Shown: positions 37,767 through 47,178, counted from the first letter of the stretch. The stretch: DNA of 64,000 bases from Bacilli bacterium (GCA_035361955.1 DAOSDC010000004.1:14916-78915); one strand, 5' to 3'. The notes: generated from the letters alone by a model not told the origin. Program-made: numbers and translations.

Positions 37767-38666
37767 TTATCCTTTAATGCCGACGCCGGCGACGCTTTGG
37801 AGAAATTTCTTTTGCATGAAGCTGAATAATAAGACGACGGGTATTAAGGCAATCAAACTGGCAACCGAGACATAGTTCCATGGCACTAGATACGAACTTG
37901 AACCGCTTTGGAATAAGTTCTCGAATATCGAGATGCTGTTAGCCATGACCCAATTACTCTTATCGGAAATGTATAATGCCGGACCATATAAATCGTTATA
38001 TGTACCCACGAAATATAGCAATACGACTGTCACGATTACGGGAACATTCAGGGGCAGTACAATCTTGAAGAAGATGCGCATTTCGCCATACCCATCCATA
38101 CGTGCCGCTTCAATTAGTGGTTTAGGCACCGTTTGGAAGAATTGACGGAACATAAAAATCACGAATACGTCGGTGGCAAACCACGAGCCAATCCATAGGG
38201 GGATATACGCTACTTCTTTAAGACCAGCGTTGACCATGAACTCGTAAATCGGGATGCCTAATATTTCACCCGGAATCATCATCGTCGAAAGCAGGATGAA
38301 AAAGATGATGTTTTTGCCAGGAAATTTGAACATCGCAAACGCATAAGCTGCCATCGAACAAGTAAGAACAGTCCCCAATGTCTTCATTGCAAAGATGAAC
38401 ATCGTGTTCAAAAACATGCGTAGCACATTGTAATCGGGATGAGCGAGCACGAAGCGGATGTTTTCGAATAGCGCGAACGAGCGGGGGAACATCGTCGCCA
38501 TCGTCGAGGCTTCGTTTAAATCTTTCATAGCCGTGATCATTAAGTAGTACAGCGGTAATAGCGCGACAATCGCAAATAATATGAGCAACACATAAGTGAT
38601 GACTTGTTGCGTTTTGCGCGACATGCTTGTTTTACTATGCCGAGTTTGTTTCAATCGCATTTCCAT
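37767..38666 (-). CDS. CUT1 carbohydrate ABC transporter permease (MalG/UgpE-like)
   Basis: 6 TM segments. EAA loop EAARMDGYGEMRIFFKIVLPL. Confidence 0.8.
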   Translation of the reverse strand: MEMRLKQTRHSKTSMSRKTQQVITYVLLILFAIVALLPLYYLMITAMKDLNEASTMATMFPRSFALFENIRFVLAHPDYNVLRMFLNTMFIFAMKTLGTVLTCSMAAYAFAMFKFPGKNIIFFILLSTMMIPGEILGIPIYEFMVNAGLKEVAYIPLWIGSWFATDVFVIFMFRQFFQTVPKPLIEAARMDGYGEMRIFFKIVLPLNVPVIVTVVLLYFVGTYNDLYGPALYISDKSNWVMANSISIFENLFQSGSSSYLVPWNYVSVASLIALIPVVLLFSFMQKKFLQSVAGVGIKG

Positions 38667-38674
38667 GCTGTCAC

Positions 38675-39616
38675 CTAACTGATCGTGATGTCTTTCTGCA
38701 CATAAAATTTCGACATTAGGAAGTGAATGCCGGTTAAGGCGAGGATTATCAGGAAGAAAATATAAGCCATCGCCGCGGCATAGCCGAGTCTAAATGGCAT
38801 ATTAAACGCTGTCATAAACATATAAATGGGGAATAACAGCGTCGAATTTGATGGCCAACCTTGACCATTACCCATCACAAACGCCAGTGAGAATGCCCGC
38901 AATCCGTCAATCGTAATCAGGATGACGTTGAAAAATAGCATTGGAGAAATAAGCGGCAATGTGATTTTGAAAAATTGTTGGGTTTTCGAGGCGCCTTCGA
39001 TCTCCGCCACCTCGTATAGTTCACTCGGTATCCCTTGAAGCGCGGCTAGAAACACCAGCATCTTGACACCGAATCCAAACGAACTTATGACAATCATCGT
39101 CATCAGCGCCGAATCAGGCGAAATGTACCATAATGGGGGATTGTTGATGTCAATCAAATTAAGCGCGGTCAACAAATTGTTTATCAAGCCTGTCGTTGGA
39201 TTAAACAAGTTTTTATAGACGGCGCCCACGGCGAAACTAGGAATGATAAACGGCAAGAAATAAATCGTGCGGAACACGCCGATGAATTTAACGCGCGAGT
39301 TTAATAGCATCGCTAAAACCAATGATGTCACAAGCACTAAGGCTCCGCTTATAAGAGCGAAAACAAGCGATTGCTGAATCGATTTGGCAAACAACGGATC
39401 GCTTTTCAGCGCATATAGATAATTGGCCCAGCCCACATAGTTGGGATCGGTGTCGAATATCGTTTTATCAGTAAGACTAAGTACGAATGTGCGAATGATT
39501 GGATATAGATAAAATAAGCCAAATCCTAAAATGGCAATGCCACCAAACATCAAAAAATATTTGTAATTGCGATGGAAGTTTTTCTTGAATGAAAGATGCA
39601 TTGCCTTGCTAGCCAT
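38675..39616 (-). CDS. CUT1 carbohydrate ABC transporter permease (MalF/UgpA-like)
   Basis: EAA loop EVAEIEGASKTQQFFKITLPL. The start is uncertain (39616 or 39601; the track ORF extends to 39688 into the upstream gene). Confidence 0.75.
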   Translation of the reverse strand: MASKAMHLSFKKNFHRNYKYFLMFGGIAILGFGLFYLYPIIRTFVLSLTDKTIFDTDPNYVGWANYLYALKSDPLFAKSIQQSLVFALISGALVLVTSLVLAMLLNSRVKFIGVFRTIYFLPFIIPSFAVGAVYKNLFNPTTGLINNLLTALNLIDINNPPLWYISPDSALMTMIVISSFGFGVKMLVFLAALQGIPSELYEVAEIEGASKTQQFFKITLPLISPMLFFNVILITIDGLRAFSLAFVMGNGQGWPSNSTLLFPIYMFMTAFNMPFRLGYAAAMAYIFFLIILALTGIHFLMSKFYVQKDITIS

Positions 39617-39617
39617 A

Positions 39618-40940
39618 TTAACTACCGTACAGTGTCGCGTAATATTGATCGACTTGCGTTTTAATGCGATTGAGCACAATCGTGACATCGGTTTCCGAAC
39701 CGCGCCCGGTATACATCAGTTTATATAGTTCGGCCATCACGATTTCACGCATGACTTTGGAAAAATCGCGTTCGCGCGGTAACGTAACGGCTTCCTCGAT
39801 TGCATCAAACAGAGCATCAGTATTAATGTCTTTTTGTTGTTCTTCGGGCAACGCTTCAATCAAGTCTTGCATATTCTTGAGTGCCCCAACCTTACCGAAC
39901 TCATACATTTTGGTTGCCCCTTCGGATCCGGTCCACATTTTCAAAAACGAAAACGCTTCGCTAACTTGTTTGCTACGTACGGAGATACCAAACGCATCGG
40001 CGGATATTTCCCCACCTTTAGCGCTAGGTCGATCAACAGGCTTTGGCAACACTTGAATATCCCAGTCGATCCCCAAGGCGTCATAGCTAAACCAATCGCC
40101 CATGTGACCGCCGAATATCATCGCCACATTACCACCCAAAAAAGAGTATGAGGAGGCGCTTTCGATTGCGTCCGGCGCAAATTTTGTACCAACGCCACCC
40201 ATTGATTTGTCTCTGAAAAACTGTGTGGCGGCAATTCCTTCGGGCGAGTTGATGGCGCACACCCGATTATTCGAATCGGGAGCGTAGAATGTGCCACCCA
40301 TTTGTTGCACGTACACAAGCCATTCGCCCCACCAGTTAAGTTGGGCTTCAGCGCCAAAGGAAGTATATGTTACGTTGGGGGTCTCACCTGTGAATTTAGA
40401 TAAAACGACACCCGCGGCCTGATAATCATCGTATGTCCAATCCGCTTGCGGATAGACGCTTTCGCTTTGGGTTAAGCCCAATACATCGCGAAGATCGTCA
40501 GCGGAGGCATCGAATAGTGCTTTGTTGTAGTAAAGGAGCGAAGTATTCAGTGAAGTCGGTAGCGCGTAAACTTTTCCATCAATCGTTAACGCATCCATTA
40601 ACGAATCGATGTAGTTGTCAGTATCAATTTCCTCATCCTCATTGATAAGCGTTGTCAAATCAAGTAGCGAAGGTGTCATTGACGTGACGACGACCGTGCT
40701 CGTCTTGATGATGTCGGGTTCATCTTTGGTACCGATTAATTTGCCGATATCTTGACCATATGTCGCTGAAACAGCGATACCGGTTCGTTCGGTAAAGATG
40801 GCAAATAATTCGTCATAACGGCCTTCATCTTCGATATCTAGGGCAATGCGTAATGTTTTGTCGCCATTATTATCACAGGCGGCAAGGACGGGCAGTGTCA
40901 GTATTGATATCAAACTTAATAAAAGTAGCGGCCGTTTCAT
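39618..40940 (-). CDS. Lipoprotein, family-1 extracellular solute-binding protein (oligosaccharide SBP)
   Basis: Lipobox LAACDN. About 440 aa with SBP_bac_1-like composition. It lies adjacent to the two permeases. Confidence 0.7.
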   Translation of the reverse strand: MKRPLLLLSLISILTLPVLAACDNNGDKTLRIALDIEDEGRYDELFAIFTERTGIAVSATYGQDIGKLIGTKDEPDIIKTSTVVVTSMTPSLLDLTTLINEDEEIDTDNYIDSLMDALTIDGKVYALPTSLNTSLLYYNKALFDASADDLRDVLGLTQSESVYPQADWTYDDYQAAGVVLSKFTGETPNVTYTSFGAEAQLNWWGEWLVYVQQMGGTFYAPDSNNRVCAINSPEGIAATQFFRDKSMGGVGTKFAPDAIESASSYSFLGGNVAMIFGGHMGDWFSYDALGIDWDIQVLPKPVDRPSAKGGEISADAFGISVRSKQVSEAFSFLKMWTGSEGATKMYEFGKVGALKNMQDLIEALPEEQQKDINTDALFDAIEEAVTLPRERDFSKVMREIVMAELYKLMYTGRGSETDVTIVLNRIKTQVDQYYATLYGS

Positions 40941-41965
40941 GATACGTTCTCCATATTTTTGAATAGGTCATCGTAAGTCATGTGGCACACAGCGATGTTT
41001 TGGTCACATACGCCATAGTAGATATGGACCATGTCATCATCGTTAGTGACACCACACGTGAAAATGACATTGGGGACAAACCCTTCTTTTTCATAAGGTT
41101 CCGTCGGTTCAATTAAAGGTTGTTTTGATTTTTTGATAACTTTGCTTGGGTCGTCTTTATCAACGAGCAGGGCGCAAAGATGATAACGGTGGTCTTTGTC
41201 GGCGCTATGGTAGATGACGACCCAGCCTTCTTTTGTTAAAAATGGCACGGCGCCAGCGCCCACGCGCGCTGAACATTGATATTCGATGCGAGCCTTCTTC
41301 AGCGCCTCGTGCTCACCCCAGTGGAGCAAGTTCGTGCTTTTAGCCAGCCAAATATCGAGTTTTCCAAAATCGCTCGTCGAAGGACGGTGATAAGCATAGT
41401 ATTGATTATTGATTAATTGCGGAAAAATAACGCAGTCTTTGTTGTCAAAAGGAAAGATGTTGCCAAGCCGATCAAACTTCTTGAAATCATCGGTGACCAT
41501 CAACCCAACGTTGATGCCAAAGCTACTGACTGCGGTATAAGTAATGTAATAACGACCATTGATATACGTGATGCGTGGATCTTCAATTCCATATTCTTCA
41601 TAAACGCTCTCGGGGAAAAGAGGTTGCTCATCAAACACAAAATGATGGCCATCTTCACTACGACCAATCCGGAAGTGCGAGATTGAAGTCAAATAACTTT
41701 CTTCGTGGTTATGAATGACGCGGGCATCGGAAAAATCGTAGTTGGGGTCGCTCATGGCTATTTGGATGAATTGGAATTTCTTGTGGCGCCAGATGGGCAC
41801 ATAAACATAAACGCTGTCGCTTTCCTTCATCGTTTCGGCGACACGGGCAATCATAATCGTCGTTGAGCCGACCTTGATTGTCGCGGGGTTAAACACGCCA
41901 AGCACACGCAGTTCGGGGCTCGTTGGGGCAATGTCTTCGGTTTTAATGATTAAATGCTTTTCCAT
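40937..41965 (-). CDS. Cytoplasmic GH130 beta-mannoside phosphorylase (beta-1,4-mannosylglucose/mannooligosaccharide or Man-beta-1,4-GlcNAc phosphorylase type)
   Basis: No signal peptide. Canonical GH130 motifs GVFNPATI, GIEDPRITYINGRYYITYTAVS, DNKDCVIFP and HIYYGVCDQNIAV. It overlaps the SBP gene by 4 nt (ATGA). Confidence 0.85.
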   Translation of the reverse strand: MEKHLIIKTEDIAPTSPELRVLGVFNPATIKVGSTTIMIARVAETMKESDSVYVYVPIWRHKKFQFIQIAMSDPNYDFSDARVIHNHEESYLTSISHFRIGRSEDGHHFVFDEQPLFPESVYEEYGIEDPRITYINGRYYITYTAVSSFGINVGLMVTDDFKKFDRLGNIFPFDNKDCVIFPQLINNQYYAYHRPSTSDFGKLDIWLAKSTNLLHWGEHEALKKARIEYQCSARVGAGAVPFLTKEGWVVIYHSADKDHRYHLCALLVDKDDPSKVIKKSKQPLIEPTEPYEKEGFVPNVIFTCGVTNDDDMVHIYYGVCDQNIAVCHMTYDDLFKNMENVS

Positions 41966-41969
41966 AAAA

Positions 41970-43910
41970 TTACCGGTCGATTGTATATACTTTCAGCAAA
42001 TCAAGCCGCATTTCAGCATCGGCGAATTGCGCACCGATGTCACTTCCGTTGACGACTAGATATAGCCTGAAATTGCTATAGGCAGGGACGAACGTGACCG
42101 TGTGTTGGCCAATCGTATTACCCGAATCGATTTTTAAGGGGTTGGAACTTATCGCGGTTGTGCCGTTGGTCGCATAATAGAGCACCTTGATTTCCCACAT
42201 CGTTTTCACAAATTCGTTCATTTGGTTCAACGCCGTGACATTGAGTAGCATTTGCACGGCATTGACGTCTGTCGCATTGAAGACGTTGCTGACGATGCCT
42301 CCAAAGCAATATTTGGCTTCGGGGTATTTGTTTTGCTTCATCACTAGTTGACTGTTTTCAATGCGTAGCGAAGCGGGGCTTAAAGCATGGATGACAGCAT
42401 CGATGTTTTGTTTCGTGCGATCAGGAATTGTCCAAAGCGACGTGTTCATGAAATCGGTAGGACGGCTTTCCGATAACAGTGTCGTGTTAATGACGCGCAG
42501 GCGATATTTATAAACCTCACTCGAACCCCAAACGACAATGGTCTCTTCGATGTAATCATCGATGCGGTTCCAAGATGGGCTATTCGATGCGTAATCAATC
42601 GGCAAAGTGCCAGTGTATGAGGTTTGATATAGTTTGCCGTCGATGTTGCGATAGGCTGTTGCCGATGCGGTGCCAGTTAAACTCATGGACGCGGCGGCGC
42701 TTGTGCCCGATAAGCGCGATGTCGCCTCGGTTACGTGGGCCGATGTCGAAGGATTAAAGTAGTTTTCGATGATGACGTCGCCGTCAGCGCTTAAATGATC
42801 GTCGAGGGCCACCAACGTTTCGATGGTGACGTTTTGACGCGTATTTAGTCCCCATGTCGTTTTAAATAAATCGGTAAAACGGTTACCATCGGTCGTCGCG
42901 CCTCCGTAGGTAAGCGTCGCCAATTCGTTTTTCAAATTGGTGGTATTTTCAAAGCCGCTTAAAACATTGACGGGCAGTGCCGCTTGCTTGCTTTGGTCAA
43001 TCCGCGATTTGGCGATAATGGTGGCGGTACCCACGCCGATGAATGATAATACGCCAGCTTCGGTAATCGTAGCCACCGTCTCATCGCTTGACGACCAGAT
43101 GACCGATTTATCACTGATCTCGCTAGGGGTGATTGACGAAGTCAACGTGACAGCGGGGCTTCCTTTTAGTTTTTCGATTTTACCGGAGACGATTTCCGCC
43201 GAATTGATGGAAATGCCGGTAACTGCCGGTTGGTTGTTATAAATGGCGATATGCGTAAGCACTAGTTCCGCGGTTTGTCGCTCGCCGTCGGGTCCTTTGG
43301 CGAGAATGTGGAACGTGCAATTTTTCACTTGATTGTCATATTTCCAGCCGGTGTTATATCCCGGGTCGGGCTGGGTGTTCTTTTCACGGTATTTTTGCGA
43401 TAACATGGCGTCGACGACGTTGATGGAAATGAGTCCGGGCGTGCCTTCATCAGACAGCACGTAATAATATTCAATCTCGCCTTCAACCGCGAGTTTGACG
43501 ATATATTGGGAATAACTGCTGACGACGTTCATTTCAAAAATGACCGCTTTTGAAAAATCGAGCGACAGCGCGGGTGTTTGGACACCGCCATAATTATCGA
43601 GACTGGCATCGATATTCCAAATCACGACGGTGTCGTTACTGCTTTCATAGTTGGCGACGCCGGCGGGCGTGCCACTACCAAAGCCACGAATGTCATAAGC
43701 CGTGTAATGGATGCTACTACCATCCCAAACAGGGATGGTGTAAGAAGATGAACCGACGCTTGAAGTTTGGCTATCGGTGGATGTGGTTATTGAACTTGTT
43801 TGACTACTGGATGTGGTTGAAGGCATCGATGTATTCGACGATGAATCACAGCCAATCAAAAACGTTCCGATGATTGCTAATAACATGATCTGAGATCTAC
43901 TTGTTTTCAC
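41970..43910 (-). CDS. Surface lipoprotein with a Ser/Thr-rich linker, a beta-sandwich domain and a Big_2 (bacterial Ig-like) domain. Function unknown.
   Basis: Lipobox LIGCDS. Big_2-like segment ISINSAEIVSGKI...VATITEAGVLSFIGVGTATIIAKS. Confidence 0.6.
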   Translation of the reverse strand: MKTSRSQIMLLAIIGTFLIGCDSSSNTSMPSTTSSSQTSSITTSTDSQTSSVGSSSYTIPVWDGSSIHYTAYDIRGFGSGTPAGVANYESSNDTVVIWNIDASLDNYGGVQTPALSLDFSKAVIFEMNVVSSYSQYIVKLAVEGEIEYYYVLSDEGTPGLISINVVDAMLSQKYREKNTQPDPGYNTGWKYDNQVKNCTFHILAKGPDGERQTAELVLTHIAIYNNQPAVTGISINSAEIVSGKIEKLKGSPAVTLTSSITPSEISDKSVIWSSSDETVATITEAGVLSFIGVGTATIIAKSRIDQSKQAALPVNVLSGFENTTNLKNELATLTYGGATTDGNRFTDLFKTTWGLNTRQNVTIETLVALDDHLSADGDVIIENYFNPSTSAHVTEATSRLSGTSAAASMSLTGTASATAYRNIDGKLYQTSYTGTLPIDYASNSPSWNRIDDYIEETIVVWGSSEVYKYRLRVINTTLLSESRPTDFMNTSLWTIPDRTKQNIDAVIHALSPASLRIENSQLVMKQNKYPEAKYCFGGIVSNVFNATDVNAVQMLLNVTALNQMNEFVKTMWEIKVLYYATNGTTAISSNPLKIDSGNTIGQHTVTFVPAYSNFRLYLVVNGSDIGAQFADAEMRLDLLKVYTIDR

Positions 43911-45995
43911 TTAACGGCACACCACCCTTTTAGTCACGTAGTCATAACGGCTTTGTGCCGTCAATATTTCAATTCGCATCGTATAATCGGTATCTGGTAG
44001 CAATGCTTTGTTATACCGGTAAGTCGCTAATGGTTCGCCATCGTAGGCGAGGATGTCACCGAAATATACTTTCATGTTGACGATTTCATCATCCAATGGT
44101 GCCGACATGGCAATATTGATGTCGGATGATGAAGTAAGCTCTTGTCTAGTTGTGATATTCGTCAAATTGACCGCGGCCTGTTTTCTGGCGATTAACTCGT
44201 CGGCGATGACCACTCCATTATCGGCCATGCTTGGAACCGAATTGGCGGGCAGTTGCCGTACCACCAGCGATTGCTTGGTCGGAACTCTTAAATGCACGGA
44301 GCCTGATACATTACGGGCGAGGATCGTCTGTGATAAAGCGTCGAATAGGTCATATGCATATTCGGGACCTTCATAGTTAACGATATATGCCTGGTTATAC
44401 GGGTTATAAAACAAATAACCCGGCATTTGGGATGGCCCGAAACTATCGGTGGCGTTCAAATCAATGCGCAAAATTCCATTCACATTCGTTTTTTGGGCCA
44501 CAGCCCCGAGGCCCCCGATAAAAGCCGAGCTATACAAACTGAGATCTGAAGGTTGTCCAAACATCGTCGTGGCATCGCCCATGGCATAACCAGTCATTGA
44601 ATTCCAGCTTTGACGGAATCCTTCATAAATAAGCGTGCCTTTTGTATCAAATGGTAAATAACTGTTCATCGATTGGTGTGACAAACTATGCGTTTGCGGG
44701 AAAAAGTAGCGGGCATTGCTGACGAGATTGAGCATGTATTTGCCAATCGCGTTTGCGTAACGGGGGTCGTATTTGACCATGGGTGCTAACGTGGTGGCTA
44801 AATGAAGCGAATTCATCGCAAATGCATAATCGCCGGCTTGCCCGACGAGCCCATGGACCGGATAATCGCCAAACGAGCCGCTCATGACAGCCCAACCCGG
44901 CCGGAACGAGGAATCGCCATCAAATAGAAAATCAATGAATTTACCGATATCGTAGGAGGTGCCATGATGCGCGTTTAATATCGCGGCGATGTATGGTGCG
45001 TAATCGGTTAGAGCTTCATAATTCGGATTCTTTTGATAGGTTTGTAAATAATCGAGTACTTCCTTCGTACCGTCAAGATATTTTTCATCACCCGTTATTT
45101 TATAAGCCGAGTAGAATAACGCCGCGAGTCCACCATTGGGAGGCTCGATGTGACCTCCGGTAACCGTCGGAGATTCAAGCACGACGTTATATCCGACGAA
45201 TTCGTAGTTCGGCACCCCGCTTTTAACGAAATAAGGTAGCGCTTCGAGCCATTCATTCGCCCCGTTAAGCACGATTTCTTGCATGAAGGGGGTGTCAGGA
45301 TAAAGCTCATACAAGCGCGCGAATATTATTTGAGGAAACAGATCGTACCAGAAGCTTTGTCCTTGAACGCCATAGTTATGAACTAATTTCGACCCGGTGT
45401 CATAGCTTGAAAAAGTCATTTCCACGAAATCATAAGTAGTATCACCAAATTGTTGGTTTTGTTTGTCGATGCCGGCATAACTAGCGCCGAGCACTGAAGA
45501 AATCGTGGTCATTGCTTCGCTACCGGAACTGACGACGCGATTATCACCCACGTATGTCGGAAGCCCAAACGTGCGTTTTAGATAACCGGTTTCCAGTGGG
45601 TTATAAACTGGAGGCTGCCGTGGCTGGTCGAGCCAATATCCAATTGGGTTCCATGATGAAGGATCGCTTGAGATGTATGAAGGGATTCTGACAGTCGGAT
45701 CATTGGCAAAACCGAAAATGACCCGGTCGAGCTCTCGAGCCGCTGCTCCATAATCGTAATAGCGGTAATTAGTTGGAATATCTGGGAAAGAATTGATTTT
45801 TGAAATCGTTTTTTCAACACCGATATCGGACGCTAAAAAGGTGGGTTGCTCACTCGATTCACCGCTTGATTCGTTTGAAGTAATTGGCGTTGTAGACGAA
45901 GAAAAATCGCTAACTGAAAGCGATGAAGTTGCCGATTCACACGCTGATAGTAGCAACACCAGAATACCGAGCCCAGTTTTAAGATGTCGTTTTAT
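43911..45995 (-). CDS. Surface lipoprotein of unrecognised family (paralog 2 of 23494..26382). Putative novel glycan-active enzyme. It probably initiates at a non-ATG codon (ATA 45995 or ATT 45998).
   Basis: The track ORF begins with GTG-encoded 'M'LLLSAC at 45959, which is too short for a signal peptide. The in-frame upstream sequence after the TGA at 46008-46010 encodes G-G-E-I-I-KRHLKTGLGILVLLLSAC, a canonical lipoprotein signal, and is preceded by the SD GAGGTGG. The central region is homologous to the 23494 protein. Confidence 0.6.
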   Translation of the reverse strand: MKRHLKTGLGILVLLLSACESATSSLSVSDFSSSTTPITSNESSGESSEQPTFLASDIGVEKTISKINSFPDIPTNYRYYDYGAAARELDRVIFGFANDPTVRIPSYISSDPSSWNPIGYWLDQPRQPPVYNPLETGYLKRTFGLPTYVGDNRVVSSGSEAMTTISSVLGASYAGIDKQNQQFGDTTYDFVEMTFSSYDTGSKLVHNYGVQGQSFWYDLFPQIIFARLYELYPDTPFMQEIVLNGANEWLEALPYFVKSGVPNYEFVGYNVVLESPTVTGGHIEPPNGGLAALFYSAYKITGDEKYLDGTKEVLDYLQTYQKNPNYEALTDYAPYIAAILNAHHGTSYDIGKFIDFLFDGDSSFRPGWAVMSGSFGDYPVHGLVGQAGDYAFAMNSLHLATTLAPMVKYDPRYANAIGKYMLNLVSNARYFFPQTHSLSHQSMNSYLPFDTKGTLIYEGFRQSWNSMTGYAMGDATTMFGQPSDLSLYSSAFIGGLGAVAQKTNVNGILRIDLNATDSFGPSQMPGYLFYNPYNQAYIVNYEGPEYAYDLFDALSQTILARNVSGSVHLRVPTKQSLVVRQLPANSVPSMADNGVVIADELIARKQAAVNLTNITTRQELTSSSDINIAMSAPLDDEIVNMKVYFGDILAYDGEPLATYRYNKALLPDTDYTMRIEILTAQSRYDYVTKRVVCR

Positions 45996-46025
45996 AATTT
46001 CGCCACCTCACAAAGATTCTCATTT

Positions 46026-46060
46026 AGTATAGCATAATGAAAATAAGTGGTATAAAAATT
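46026..46060 (-). promoter_or_regulatory. Candidate sigma-A promoter of the 14-gene minus-strand operon (minus-strand reading: TTATAC, 18-nt spacer, TGcTATACT)
   Basis: The extended -10 TGnTATACT lies about 30 nt upstream of the GAGGTGG RBS of the first operon gene. The region is AT-rich. The -35 is weak. Confidence 0.35.
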
Positions 46061-46170
46061 TAATATTATATTAATAAAAAATTAACCAATTAATATTTGA
46101 TAATTTTTATAATAATTTAAATAAAATGCGGTATAAACGCATATTAGGAATCATTCGTGGTGCGAGTTAA

Positions 46171-47178
46171 TTAATCAATTACCTCAGAAACCGGATTTAA
46201 ATCTTTTACTGATTCCCGTTCGACTAAATGCGATCGCAGTTGCACAAGGGCGTGTTTGCCTTTAATAGCATCGACCATCGCTCCAAACGCTTTGCGGGCG
46301 ACGCTGTCTTTATTAGGACCAACTGAGGTTAATTTTGGCATCAAGTTTTCGCAAAGCATCGTATTGTCAAAGCTGATAACTGAAACATCGTCGGGTACTT
46401 TCAGTCCATTGACGGATAGTAGCGAATATAACTTTTGCGCCGCCGAATCGCAGTGGCAAATGTAGGCTGTCGGCAGATTGTTCAGTGGAAGGTCGAATAA
46501 CGATACTTGGCGCTCAATGTTTTCGTTGATGTGCCAAGCGGGGTCAATTCGTAAGCCCTTTTCATTCATAGCTTTGACATAGCCCATATAGCGATCCGAT
46601 ATTGAGGTCGTCTTATTGATGTTGCCGATAAAACCAATTTTTGTATGACCTTTGTCAATCAGATAGTGAGCCAGCATATAAGAGACCTGATAATTGTCGA
46701 CGTAAAGGAAATTACACGAAAATAGCGGTGAGTAAATATCGATAAAAACGCTGGGAACGGGATGTTTCTCCATAAATTGGAGAATTTTTTGGCTAACTTC
46801 ACAGGCAAAAAACACACCATCGGGATTAAAATTGGCAATCGTCGTTTTGATTTTTTCAACCGGCTGTTCTGGTTCAAGGAATGATATTTGTAACATGCTA
46901 TTTACTTTTGCGAGTTCGGAAGTCAAATAATAGAAAATCGTCGAGTAGTATTGTTCCGATGGAGTTAGGAAAAAATCTTGATTGATGAAAAAGAGAAACC
47001 GTTTCTTATTAATGCCCTGATGCGATGATTTGCCAACATAGCCAACTGATTTGGCGTAAGCCTTGATTTTGCGTCGCAAGGGATCGCTGACGCCCGATTG
47101 GTTGTTGAGCGCTTTAAAAACGGCGACGGTGCTGACGTTCATTTTATCAGCGATAGTCTTTAATGTAATTTTTGCCAT
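46171..47178 (-). CDS. LacI-family transcriptional regulator
   Basis: N-terminal HTH MAKITLKTIADKMNVSTVAVFKALNN. Periplasmic-binding-like C-terminal domain. Confidence 0.8.
   Translation of the reverse strand: MAKITLKTIADKMNVSTVAVFKALNNQSGVSDPLRRKIKAYAKSVGYVGKSSHQGINKKRFLFFINQDFFLTPSEQYYSTIFYYLTSELAKVNSMLQISFLEPEQPVEKIKTTIANFNPDGVFFACEVSQKILQFMEKHPVPSVFIDIYSPLFSCNFLYVDNYQVSYMLAHYLIDKGHTKIGFIGNINKTTSISDRYMGYVKAMNEKGLRIDPAWHINENIERQVSLFDLPLNNLPTAYICHCDSAAQKLYSLLSVNGLKVPDDVSVISFDNTMLCENLMPKLTSVGPNKDSVARKAFGAMVDAIKGKHALVQLRSHLVERESVKDLNPVSEVID

Noticed and set aside
39664-40151. Two overlapping plus-strand ORFs (130 and 105 aa)
   Set aside because: They are antisense to the well-supported SBP gene 39618..40940. 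They have no RBS and no recognisable domains.
43550-43873. 107-aa Cys/His/Arg/Trp-rich ORF on the plus strand (it looks like a metal-binding peptide)
   Set aside because: It lies entirely antisense to the Ser/Thr-rich linker-coding part of lipoprotein 41970..43910. Ser codons read in reverse give Arg/Cys/His-rich frames. There is no RBS, so it is a compositional artefact.
46126-46142. Inverted repeat atgcg-gtataaa-cgcat as a LacI operator or a lacI terminator
   Set aside because: The stem is only 5 bp and lacks a central CG typical of LacI-family operators. As a terminator for the minus-strand lacI it is weak. Left uncalled.
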